The notes under the pieces: model-generated
What the model saw: only the letters and a program-made list of their open reading frames with translations
What the model was told of the DNA's origin: nothing
Database searches by the model: none
In this document: in pieces, positions 36,201 through 45,016 of the stretch
How positions within the stretch are numbered: position 1 is the stretch's first letter
How the letters are laid out: every line of letters begins with the position of its first letter
NCBI GenBank assembly: GCA_020628645.1
Contig: JAHDES010000017.1
Span: 24,570 to 88,569 of the forward strand
Origin: Saprospiraceae bacterium
GTDB taxonomy: Bacteria > Bacteroidota > Bacteroidia > Chitinophagales > Saprospiraceae
DNA length: 64,000 nt
Direction: 5' to 3'
Position numbers and translations under genes: made by a program

Positions 36201-38136
36201 TGTACGTGCCTGCGCGAATATTTGGTGGCACCGTTTTCTATCGGAAGAAGATAAAAATTTGTTTAGCAATCAACTGAAAAGTGCAGGAGTGATCTTGCAA
36301 GTTTTCCCAGAAACACATGAGTTTGATTATTTAATTGAAGATTTAGAACTAGTTGTTAATAGCTTCTTAGAAGAGCAAACCATTTTCTCACAAGAAGAGG
36401 TGAATCGTAGAAAAATTGCCGAATACATTTTTCAAGAATTATCAAAAGGTGATCAGTTTATCATCTCGAAGGAAGCCGCTGAACTCTATACCGAATTTAA
36501 AAACTACCTCAAAAAACGAAAATCACAAGGGGCATTTGATACCTCCACTTTTGAATTAAGAGATAATCCTGCTGAGCAGTTCCAATTAATGCGTAAGTGG
36601 GTACATGCCTTCATTGAGCAATTGAAAGTCGATCATTATTTGTCTTTTATCAATGAAGCGGCGAGTTTGCTGTTTTTGGATAATTTCAATAAGAAACAAG
36701 TCATTCAAACGAAGACTTCTGTGGAGGTGGGTAAACTACATGGTACGCATAAAAGTTTTGAGGAAATCTATCATTTAGATTATACCGCTTTTATGAAGAA
36801 AATGGAGGCCTACGAAACCGAAACGCTTCCTGCTTATCAGCAATTTGTACAACAAAAGAAAGATTTAGCGATCCAATTCAGAAAAGAATTACGCTTGGAT
36901 GAATTTAAGCCGCGTGTACTCAGTTCGTTTGTACGAAATAAATTGATTGACCAAGTTTATTTACCAATTATTGGAGATAATTTAGCCAAACAAATGGGAA
37001 CGGCTGGTGAAAATACCCGTACGGATTTGATGGGCATGTTGCTCTTGATTTCGCCTCCAGGTTATGGTAAAACAACCTTGATGGAATACATTGCCAATCA
37101 ATTGGGCTTGATCTTTATGAAAATCAATGGGCCAGCCATCGGTCATCAAGTGACTTCGCTCGATCCTGCGGATGCGCCCAATATGGCAGCCCGTCAGGAA
37201 GTACAAAAATTGAATCTGTCCTTGGAGATGGGCAATAATGTGATGTTGTATGTCGATGATATTCAGCATTGTCACCCTGAGTTTTTACAGAAATTTATCT
37301 CCCTTTGTGATGCCCAACGTAAGATTGAAGGGGTGTATAAAGGCGAAAGTAAAACATACGATTTAAAAGGTAAACGCTTTTGTGTCGTCATGGCTGGAAA
37401 TCCATACACCGAAAGTGGCGATAAATTCCAGATACCTGATATGTTGGCGAATCGTGCTGATATTTATAATCTAGGAGATATTATTGGTGACACCGAAACG
37501 GTTTTCAAATTGAGTTATATTGAAAATGCGATGACTTCCAATCCTGTTTTACAAAAATTGTCGAATAAGAGTTGGAAAGATGTCTATACGGTGCTGAAAA
37601 TGGCAGAAACAGGCAGTCGTGAAGGACTAGAATTTGAAGCGAATCATAGTCCAGAAGAACTCAATGAATATGTAAGTATTCTCGAAAAAATGTTGGTGGT
37701 ACGAGATGTTGTACTCAAAGTGAATCAAGAATATATTCGCTCTGCGGCGATGGCAGAAGATTATCGTACTGAGCCTGCATTCAAGTTACAAGGCTCGTAT
37801 CGAAATATGAATAAGTTAGCGGAAAAACTCGTTCCCATCATGAACGAACAGGAATTGGATACCTTGATCCTTTCCCATTATGAAGGTGAATCACAAACCC
37901 TAACGAATGGAGCAGAAGCCAATTTTCTAAAACTAAAAGAACTTTTAGACGGTCAAAGCGAAGAAGAACAAAACCGTTGGACAGCTATCAAAAAGACCTT
38001 CAATAAAAACAAAATCTTCCGTAATACGGATGAAAATAATCCGATGAGTCAAGTGCTTGCCCAATTAGCTGCTTTTACGGATGGAATTGATGGTATTAAA
38101 GATGTATTGGAGCAGGCAGTGAAAGGGAAAGGATAG
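33274..38136 (+). CDS. Giant (1620-aa) cytoplasmic protein with a C-terminal AAA+ ATPase module (MoxR/AAA_5-like). The N-terminal ~1200 aa have no recognisable domain.
   Basis: Walker A LLISPPGYGKTTLMEY (aa 1263-1268; nt 37060-37077). Walker B MLYVDDIQH (nt ~37243-37263). Sensor-1-like VVMAGNPYTE. No signal peptide and no TM segment. The region around aa 430-820 is E/K/L/Q-rich and looks like coiled-coil. Confidence 0.7.
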   Translation: MSEIKLEGGTYEIIRNRLSKQAEELRARLGQLNVARKEVFGAIETQLIANDRINTQNYCTARDITSIGDYCLFGYNVQIGLRSGIKLEDVFSVYQFQNNSFQEAKISLLTDEKFETDFQNLYRYYKNAYFARFVSIGSYLYMVFHLNKDSEDFKSFKWLVTDDGLKYVGNRFDHEVVFPTQHEFKWQRAHRDFHRSGTHPHVSIMDRVFVETVGGDLTIKIEDNTEDGLGIYREEVEYKEQTLDDAEYLYADLGNLIVLKIRPYQEEFRYFVFNEKMQEVQRIDTLEDSGVLLPDQHGLIFANGYYLQMGEYKIFDPDMRNKLFKKRIVSPNGEDYLYVFYNNQKGTYVLMHYNVIEQTIHTPIICHGFTHFPNGELCYFRAEDEPTKHHVVQIWQTPFVAGDVAPSNQTDSYLYKVGNKDIVKAMAESQEILTLVGKEDTYSGLYIDLAKKCTDVLDSYYWIDKEGAFLINQPIQEIKATATSAIEEYEKKVRIQKNTAAEIKRVQTNAEELFEAIRKNTFDAVDLFVEKLAAIRVLRGEIISLKELRYTDLPLIEQLETSATEYNDQLSNDCVRFLLDKDALVPYIKKIEEQAKQLESIETAKQGQEVEETIDQTGKELELLIDIVSNLKIDDATQTTRIIDNISAMYAQLNQVKAAVKKKQKELMGTEAIAEFNAQLKLLDQGIINYLDLADSTQKCDEYLTKLMVQLEELEGKFAEFDEFILTITEKREEIYAAFESRKNTLIESRNNRTSALQSAADRILNGIQNRAKSFKEVNEINGFFASDLMIDKVRDIVQQLIDLEDSNKAGMVQSRLKSLKEEAVRQLRDRQDLLVDGQNIIQFGRHKFAVNVQPLDLTVVNEGGQMKFHLTGTDFYEPITNTDFLSTKSVWNQRLPSENESVYRSEFLAYQLFKSNPQSQLLQANGQLLTLVQKEATLRYQEGYTKGIHDEDAADILRALVQLSDKIDLLRFTPDVRACANIWWHRFLSEEDKNLFSNQLKSAGVILQVFPETHEFDYLIEDLELVVNSFLEEQTIFSQEEVNRRKIAEYIFQELSKGDQFIISKEAAELYTEFKNYLKKRKSQGAFDTSTFELRDNPAEQFQLMRKWVHAFIEQLKVDHYLSFINEAASLLFLDNFNKKQVIQTKTSVEVGKLHGTHKSFEEIYHLDYTAFMKKMEAYETETLPAYQQFVQQKKDLAIQFRKELRLDEFKPRVLSSFVRNKLIDQVYLPIIGDNLAKQMGTAGENTRTDLMGMLLLISPPGYGKTTLMEYIANQLGLIFMKINGPAIGHQVTSLDPADAPNMAARQEVQKLNLSLEMGNNVMLYVDDIQHCHPEFLQKFISLCDAQRKIEGVYKGESKTYDLKGKRFCVVMAGNPYTESGDKFQIPDMLANRADIYNLGDIIGDTETVFKLSYIENAMTSNPVLQKLSNKSWKDVYTVLKMAETGSREGLEFEANHSPEELNEYVSILEKMLVVRDVVLKVNQEYIRSAAMAEDYRTEPAFKLQGSYRNMNKLAEKLVPIMNEQELDTLILSHYEGESQTLTNGAEANFLKLKELLDGQSEEEQNRWTAIKKTFNKNKIFRNTDENNPMSQVLAQLAAFTDGIDGIKDVLEQAVKGKG

Positions 38137-38500
38137 ACGAACGATAAGACGGAATTAGACTAGCAAAACTGTTTTTTTACAAGAAAGTATAAAAATCACA
38201 GATGTGAATAATGTAACAATAAGGAGAAAAAATTTATATCTACTTTTTGTATTCATCCTTATTTTGATACTTAATTCTTGTGGAATTGATAGGACGTTAA
38301 AGGTTATAGATAATATTTATTGGCTCATATAAACAACTAGGTGGATGCTAATTTTAGCGTTAAAAATGGCTCTAAATTTGATGAAATCAATAGATTTTCA
38401 CCCTTTTCAGGTAGTTTTTAGAGCTTTGTTTAATTTTCCACCTGATTCTTAATAAGAGCCTATTTATTTATATAATCCTGAATCTTCAGGAGCTTGGTCT

Positions 38501-38755
38501 TTGATACAAAAAAGTAAAGATAACTTGTTCAAAGGATTACTTCATGCTAGTATTTTAGAATTAAAAGGAAATAAAAGTTTCTTTTATGTAAAACAATACA
38601 CAAATAAAGATTATTACTATCTCTTTATTGAAATAGATACAGTGACACATAATCATGTAATTACGGGAGTTACGAAAGAAGCATTTAATTCTTTTGATGA
38701 GGTTTCATATCATTATAAAATTAATGATTTTGATATTAACTTTTTCACAAAATAG
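38501..38755 (+). CDS. Possible small protein (84 aa) inside an AT-rich island. Doubtful.
   Basis: An ORF in a region of about 27% GC. Its Lys/Asn/Tyr/Phe-rich composition is what AT-rich DNA would give by chance. Confidence 0.2.
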   Translation: MIQKSKDNLFKGLLHASILELKGNKSFFYVKQYTNKDYYYLFIEIDTVTHNHVITGVTKEAFNSFDEVSYHYKINDFDINFFTK

Positions 38756-38852
38756 TTCAGTTTGATTACTATAAGGATAGTATAGATAATTAGAACAAGA
38801 TTATCAAAAAGAATATTTAATTATCTTGTTTTTATCCCAATAGCTAAATTAC

Positions 38853-39554
38853 TTACTTCCTTGTCTTCTCCCAAAAACTCTCCTGATACGTCTTCGAAAT
38901 AGGTAAATATCGCTCTTTAATCACGACTCGATTACGCTCGATAAAGTCAATTTTAGATAAAGCCACAATATAGGAACGATGGATACGGACGAACTGCTCG
39001 GAGAGTAAAACTTCTTCAAAAAAGCGCATATTTTCTAAGGTTAGGGTTTTTCCAGCAGGAGTATGGACTGCCACATAATCGCCTAAGGCTTCTAGATAAA
39101 GGATGTCATCAAAATTCAAACGAATAGTTTTGTAGCCACTTTTGATGAATATGTAGGAAGGAGGATTAGATATTATGTTTTCTTCTTTTGAAATTCGTTT
39201 TTCAACGTGTTTTTTAATTTTTTGCACGCACAATAAAAAACGTTCAAAACTGATCGGTTTTAATAAATAATCAATGGCATCCATTTCATAACTATCTACG
39301 GCATATTGATCGTAAGCAGTAGTAAATACCACTTCATACTTATTTTGGGTAAGTTTAAGGAGCTGTATACCCGTCAATTCTGGCATTTGAATGTCTAAAA
39401 ACAGTAAATCGACTTCCTGTTTATTTAAAAAATGGAAGGCTTCTATAGGATTAGTAAAGGAATCGATCAACTCCAAATCGGGGGACTGTCGGACATAATC
39501 TGCCAATAATTGAATGGCTAAGGGTTCATCATCTATAATAAGACATCGAATCAT
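38853..39554 (-). CDS. LytTR-family two-component response regulator
   Basis: Receiver domain (LIIDDEPLA...FLDIQMPELTG) plus a C-terminal LytTR DNA-binding domain. Confidence 0.85.
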   Translation of the reverse strand: MIRCLIIDDEPLAIQLLADYVRQSPDLELIDSFTNPIEAFHFLNKQEVDLLFLDIQMPELTGIQLLKLTQNKYEVVFTTAYDQYAVDSYEMDAIDYLLKPISFERFLLCVQKIKKHVEKRISKEENIISNPPSYIFIKSGYKTIRLNFDDILYLEALGDYVAVHTPAGKTLTLENMRFFEEVLLSEQFVRIHRSYIVALSKIDFIERNRVVIKERYLPISKTYQESFWEKTRK

Positions 39555-40579
39555 CGTTGATCGTTTAAAGGAATTGATAAATGTACACGAAAGAAAGCCG
39601 CTTTTTCTTCGATGCGTAATTTATGTTGATCGCCATACATCAAGTTCAGTCTTTTTTTGATATTATTCAAACCGATTCCTCCTACTTTATCTTTTTGTTT
39701 GGCGGCAACAGCATTGCTTATTTCAATTGTTAATTCATTTTCTTTGGCTTGAATAGTCATCTCGATAAGCTGTTTTATGTCTCCATGTTTAAAGGCGTTT
39801 TCAACAAAAGGAAATAAAATAAAAGGTGGAATTTGAACATCCGCGGTAGCTCCTTTTTGTTGTAAATGAAATTGAATCGGATAATCAAAACGCATTCGTT
39901 CCAACTCCACAAATCGTTGGATGGTCACGATTTCTTCTTGAAGTGGAATATATTCCTTTTTGCCATACAAACTAGATCGTAAAATCGCGCTTAATTTTTC
40001 AATAGCGGGAAGTGCATGCTCCGATTTTTGGTATACCAAACTATAGATATTATTCAAGGTGTTAAACAAAAAATGCGGATTAAATTGAGAACGTAAAAAA
40101 GATAATTGTGTTTGTTGGTTTTCAATAATCAAGGCATGACGCTGCTGTTCTTTAAAATTAGAATATTGAATAAAAAAGAAAATAAATCCCACACTAAAAT
40201 GGACGAACGCAAAATAGATGTTGTTTAAAACGTATTGAATTCCCACAATATCATCTCTAAAATTATCAAAGCCAAATAGCTGTAAAAAGATGATTTCTTC
40301 AAGAGCATATCGAATGCAGCAAACAAGAATTAATACGATAATAATGCCTATTACCAATTCCTTTTTTCGTTTGGGATAAAAGTGAAATGAAACTAAATAG
40401 GCGCCTAAGCTAAATAGAAAAAAACAGATAAGCGAGGACAAATTAAGCATCCCTGAAGAAAAAATTCCCCAATCCAATAAAGCATTCCAACTTTGATCTA
40501 AAGCGACATTCCTTAAATCATAGAATACCAAATACACGAGTGTATGCCAAAGGAATAATTGTCCAATTTTCTGTTGCAT
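39551..40579 (-). CDS. LytS/YehU-type sensor histidine kinase
   Basis: Multi-TM N-terminus; His-kinase region (LRSQFNPHFLFNTLNNI) and an HATPase_c-like C-terminus. Its end overlaps the regulator gene by 4 bp (ATGA). Confidence 0.8.
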   Translation of the reverse strand: MQQKIGQLFLWHTLVYLVFYDLRNVALDQSWNALLDWGIFSSGMLNLSSLICFFLFSLGAYLVSFHFYPKRKKELVIGIIIVLILVCCIRYALEEIIFLQLFGFDNFRDDIVGIQYVLNNIYFAFVHFSVGFIFFFIQYSNFKEQQRHALIIENQQTQLSFLRSQFNPHFLFNTLNNIYSLVYQKSEHALPAIEKLSAILRSSLYGKKEYIPLQEEIVTIQRFVELERMRFDYPIQFHLQQKGATADVQIPPFILFPFVENAFKHGDIKQLIEMTIQAKENELTIEISNAVAAKQKDKVGGIGLNNIKKRLNLMYGDQHKLRIEEKAAFFRVHLSIPLNDQR

Positions 40580-40816
40580 TTAAAGTGACTTGATTCAATA
40601 ATTATACGCTTCTAAAATAGGTTAATTTTAAGGAAATGAGCGCATTTATAGTTGAGGAATAGCATTTTTTCGGTGAAATCAGTGATTCATTCGGTGAATG
40701 AATAATTGTAGTTTCAACTTTCTACCGATTAGATCATGGAGTTGACCGATTTCTATTTTTGAAGATTTAAAGGGACATTAAATTTGAAGTATTATTCATT
40801 CCAAAAAAGTCATCTT

Positions 40817-42052
40817 ATGAAAAATTTATTTCTTTTAATTACTACGCTAATTATACAAACTATCGTATTCGCTCAAGATACGATTACTGCCGATCATATT
40901 AAGCAATACACAAAATACTTTGAAATTAAACAAGATCAATTTGTGGGCGAAGGAGCTGAAGTTTTAAAACTAGCCATTGCCGAATCTCAATTTACTTTAC
41001 TAGGCGAATATCATGATGATGCGCAAACGTCCTTATTTACTACCGCACTTTTAAAAGAAGCTGCACAAAACGGCTATCAATATTTTGGAGTAGAAACGGG
41101 GCCTCATTCAGCAAAGAAATTAATGGAATTGGCTACGCCTTCTGAGCAAACGATAACTTCTCTAAATAATTTTTATTCCCATTATTTTCCAAAAGGAAAT
41201 GATATTGCGATTCCTTTTTTTAGTGGAAAAGAAGATGCTCTTTTCTTACAAACGGCAATGGAAGAAGGCTATCAATTATTTGGGATCGACCAAGAATATT
41301 ATTCAGCTTGTTTTTTCTTATTTGATGATATGTTGAAAAGTACAAAGCAAAAAATCAATGATAAAATTATAAAGGATATGTATGCATTTATCAAAGAAGA
41401 ATTTAGAAAGGATACGCTAGAAAAGAATTATCCCTTACATCAAAATTTATTGCAATCAAAAGAAATAAAAGCCTTTTGCAATGCAGTTAGTAAAGACAAT
41501 GAAACCAATCAAGTTATTATTAAAGATTTACGGTATTCTTGGGAGATTTATGCAAATTATCGCTCAAATTTGAATAAAAATTTGGAACAACGTGCGGCGT
41601 ATATGAAACAGCAGTTCGTAAAAAACTATAAAACATTTCAAACAACAAAAGAATTACCTAAAGTCATTTTAAAAATGGGAGCAGGGCATACGCAGCGGGG
41701 CTTTACGTTTAATGCTATTTATGACGTAGGAAATTTAGTACATGAATTGGCAACTATCAATGGAACTAAAGTGGCGAATTTAAGAATGGATTTCCGTTAT
41801 TTCTTAGAAGAAGATGGCACGTATACCGATAATCTAGATTGGTCATCAGATTGGATGAATGAAATGCGTCCACTTCTAGAACAAGGTCAAAAAGATAAAT
41901 GGACAATCATTGATCTTCGCCCCATCAAAGCAGATTGGATCAACCGAAAAATTAAATTAACTAAAGAAATTAAAAATCGAATCAAGTGGCATGATTACAT
42001 CATAATTCCACCGGCTACATTTGATATACAACCTAATTATTCCTCCAAATAG
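40817..42052 (+). CDS. Secreted TIKI/TraB/EreA-superfamily-like protein (putative)
   Basis: The start was moved to MKNLFLLITTLIIQ, a signal peptide. An N-terminal LLGEYHDD (GxxH-type) motif and a C-terminal KMGAGHTQRG motif resemble the paired GxxH motifs of this superfamily. Confidence 0.4.
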   Translation: MKNLFLLITTLIIQTIVFAQDTITADHIKQYTKYFEIKQDQFVGEGAEVLKLAIAESQFTLLGEYHDDAQTSLFTTALLKEAAQNGYQYFGVETGPHSAKKLMELATPSEQTITSLNNFYSHYFPKGNDIAIPFFSGKEDALFLQTAMEEGYQLFGIDQEYYSACFFLFDDMLKSTKQKINDKIIKDMYAFIKEEFRKDTLEKNYPLHQNLLQSKEIKAFCNAVSKDNETNQVIIKDLRYSWEIYANYRSNLNKNLEQRAAYMKQQFVKNYKTFQTTKELPKVILKMGAGHTQRGFTFNAIYDVGNLVHELATINGTKVANLRMDFRYFLEEDGTYTDNLDWSSDWMNEMRPLLEQGQKDKWTIIDLRPIKADWINRKIKLTKEIKNRIKWHDYIIIPPATFDIQPNYSSK

Positions 42053-42151
42053 AATTAGTATATCTAATTGAATAACATTTTTTACATTTCTATCAATCTT
42101 CATATACCAAACTTCTTTTACCTTTGTAGAAAAAATAACCGCATTTTAATT

Positions 42152-43549
42152 ATGGCAAAATATCGCAAAGAAAAAGACAGTATCGGGATTATCAAAGTAC
42201 CCGCAGATAAATATTGGGCCGCACAAACCCAACGTTCTAAAGAAAACTTCAAAATTGGAGGACAACAAATGCCCATTGAAGTGATTCAGGCATACGCCAT
42301 CCTCAAAAAAGCAGCTGCACAAACGAATGCTGAATTAGGCGTTTTAGCAAAAAACAAAGCTAAATTAATCGGCAAAGTCTGCGATGAAATTTTAGCTGGA
42401 AAATTAGACGATCAATTTCCATTAGTAGTTTGGCAAACGGGCTCTGGTACACAAACCAATATGAACGTCAACGAAGTGATTGCCAATCGTGGACATGTCG
42501 TCAAAGGAGGAAAACTTGATGACAAAGAAAAAACGCTCCATCCAAATGACGATGTCAATAAATCCCAATCTTCTAATGATACCTTCCCAACGGCGATGCA
42601 CATTGCAGCTTATAAAGCCGTTGTGGAAGTAACTATTCCTGGCTTAGAAGCACTTCGTGATACCCTAAAAGATAAATCGAAGAAATTAATGAAGGTGGTG
42701 AAAATTGGACGAACGCACTTCATGGATGCCACACCTGTTACCGTTGGACAAGAATTATCGGGTTATGTTTCTCAATTGGATCATGGAATCGCTGCGATTA
42801 AAAATACCTTAAAGCATTTATCAGAACTGGCTCTTGGAGGTACAGCAGTAGGAACAGGCTTGAATACACCAAAAGGTTATGCGAAAAATGTAGCGGAAAA
42901 GATCGCAGAGCTATCTGGTTTACCATTCGTAACGGCAAAAAATAAATTTGAAGCCCTTGCTGCGCATGATGCGATTGTAGAATCACATGGCGCATTGAAA
43001 ACAGTAGCTTGTTCTTTGATGAAAATCGGTAATGATATTCGAATGTTAGCTTCTGGACCTCGTTGTGGAATTGGCGAATTAATTATTCCTGCCAATGAAC
43101 CCGGTTCTTCTATCATGCCGGGAAAAGTTAATCCCACTCAAGCTGAAGCCCTCACCATGGCAATGGCGCAAGTGGTAGGAAATGATGTCGCCATTAATGT
43201 AGGAGGCATGACAGGTCATTTTGAGTTGAATGTTTTCAAACCCATGATGATTTATAATTTTTTAAATTCGGCTCGTTTAATTGGAGATGCCTGTGTAAGT
43301 TTTAATGAAAATTGCGCGAAAGGAATTGAAGCGAATCAAGAACGCATTACCGAGAATTTAAATAATTCATTAATGTTAGTTACGGCTTTGAATACTAAAA
43401 TCGGTTATGATAATGCTGCCGCTATCGCTAAAAAAGCGTATAAAGAAGGGACTACTCTCAAGCAAGCTGCTTTAGCATTAAAATTACTAACTGAAGAAGA
43501 ATTCGATGCGTGGGTACGCCCAGAAGATATGATTGGAGGAATGAAATAA
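42152..43549 (+). CDS. fumC: Fumarate hydratase class II
   Basis: The start was moved to [12 protein letters not shown]. Lyase-1 signature [13 protein letters not shown], and the characteristic [13 protein letters not shown] motif. Confidence 0.92.
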   Translation: MAKYRKEKDSIGIIKVPADKYWAAQTQRSKENFKIGGQQMPIEVIQAYAILKKAAAQTNAELGVLAKNKAKLIGKVCDEILAGKLDDQFPLVVWQTGSGTQTNMNVNEVIANRGHVVKGGKLDDKEKTLHPNDDVNKSQSSNDTFPTAMHIAAYKAVVEVTIPGLEALRDTLKDKSKKLMKVVKIGRTHFMDATPVTVGQELSGYVSQLDHGIAAIKNTLKHLSELALGGTAVGTGLNTPKGYAKNVAEKIAELSGLPFVTAKNKFEALAAHDAIVESHGALKTVACSLMKIGNDIRMLASGPRCGIGELIIPANEPGSSIMPGKVNPTQAEALTMAMAQVVGNDVAINVGGMTGHFELNVFKPMMIYNFLNSARLIGDACVSFNENCAKGIEANQERITENLNNSLMLVTALNTKIGYDNAAAIAKKAYKEGTTLKQAALALKLLTEEEFDAWVRPEDMIGGMK

Positions 43550-43575
43550 GGAATTTTTTTTCTAAAAAATAAACC

Positions 43576-43598
43576 AGAACGAGCTTTAGGCTCGTTCT
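43576..43598. terminator. Bidirectional hairpin terminator between the convergent fumC and kinase-like genes
   Basis: AGAACGAGC-TTTAG-GCTCGTTCT: a 9-bp stem. The stop codon of the minus-strand gene sits in the loop. Confidence 0.5.
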
Positions 43599-45016
43599 CC
43601 AGTTTGAAGTACTGATTGTAAACTTGCCTCCCACGCGTCCATTAACCAATGTGCTTGTAGGTGTAAATCTTCCTGTTGAAGATAAAGCGGTACATAATAA
43701 CTAATGGTATACAAAAGATAAAATTGATACACTTGCTCAAAATTAATCTCAAATTCCTTTTGCATTGCTTGTACAATAGGTTCTTTAGATAAAGCTCTTA
43801 TTTTATCTTGAATCCGTGTGAAATTTGCCTGTTGTACTAAAATATTCGATTGGAAAATAAAATGAAAGGCGTCAAATAAAAGCGGCATTTCAGCTTCTGC
43901 CAATTCCCAATCATAAACGTGTATTTTATCTGCTCCAACATACATGTTCCAAGGAGTAAAATCGCCATGGGCCATTCCTACTGTTAAGGTTTGATTGGCA
44001 TCAAATCGTTGATTGAGTTGCTGTAATAATAATTTAAACGAGGCTAAGCGACTTTTGCTAATTTCATTTTTACTTTCAAAAATTAAATCTAACTGTTTCA
44101 GATTTGTTTGCACAAGTTGCCATGCTTGTATCTTCTCTAATGGCTTTTGCTTTACCGTACGATTATATAATTCATATAGAGCATCTAAATGACGACGTTC
44201 AATATTGACAATGTTAGAAGAAGTGTTTGGTCGAACATTACTTTGTATGACCCCTGCCGCAATACGTGTAGCTGATGGCAATGCAATTTTTTTCAAGGAT
44301 AAATTGCCGACTCGTTGAAGTATTTCATATTCTGTATCAACAATATCTTCTGCTTTATGTCCTAAAGGAAGTTTTACAAAATGGCTGGATTTTCCTTTTT
44401 GGCTACATTCTATAATGGCTTTTCTATTTTCTCCAACTGTTCCTGTAAATATAGAATAATCATCAAATTGATAATCCGAAATCCAATTTTCAACAGGCAA
44501 TTGATGGCGATGCCATACGGTGAATTGACCAGAATTAAGCAATCCTTGTAATTTAAATTGAAATGCTTTTTTTAAGGCAAATTTATACATCTTGGCTTTC
44601 CAGCCTGAGCTATTGTATAAATTCAAAAAGCTGGCTTTTTTATTTTTAGAAGGGTAAATCCATCGAATACTTTTATCTGGATTGTTGATGTAAGAAAAAC
44701 GCGTTCGTCTAATTTGTTGTTTAGATTGTAGCCATTTAAGCGAAGCTTTCATTGTGCAATCTATGATAGTATAGACATTACTTTCTTGTGCTATAAGAGA
44801 TAAATCTTCTACACTTGTATTAATAATAACTACAGGATATGGGGCGGCTTGCTGAATGTGAGAAAGCATTTCTTGCGCCGAATAATAAGGAGAAAAAATA
44901 GTTTGTTCCTTTGATTTAAAATCATTTTGATCAGTAAGAAGAAAAGTCTTAAAATTTGCGCCTCCAAATAATTTATCTAAAATGATCAAATCTGATCGTA
45001 AAAATGTGTTAGCCAT
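43586..45016 (-). CDS. APH/CotS-like phosphotransferase-fold protein (kinase-like) encoded in the polysaccharide locus
   Basis: HGDFTPWNMYV...VYDWELA matches the catalytic HGDxxxxN...D motifs of aminoglycoside/choline-kinase-type phosphotransferases. It overlaps the upstream gene by 8 bp. Confidence 0.5.
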   Translation of the reverse strand: MANTFLRSDLIILDKLFGGANFKTFLLTDQNDFKSKEQTIFSPYYSAQEMLSHIQQAAPYPVVIINTSVEDLSLIAQESNVYTIIDCTMKASLKWLQSKQQIRRTRFSYINNPDKSIRWIYPSKNKKASFLNLYNSSGWKAKMYKFALKKAFQFKLQGLLNSGQFTVWHRHQLPVENWISDYQFDDYSIFTGTVGENRKAIIECSQKGKSSHFVKLPLGHKAEDIVDTEYEILQRVGNLSLKKIALPSATRIAAGVIQSNVRPNTSSNIVNIERRHLDALYELYNRTVKQKPLEKIQAWQLVQTNLKQLDLIFESKNEISKSRLASFKLLLQQLNQRFDANQTLTVGMAHGDFTPWNMYVGADKIHVYDWELAEAEMPLLFDAFHFIFQSNILVQQANFTRIQDKIRALSKEPIVQAMQKEFEINFEQVYQFYLLYTISYYVPLYLQQEDLHLQAHWLMDAWEASLQSVLQTGERA

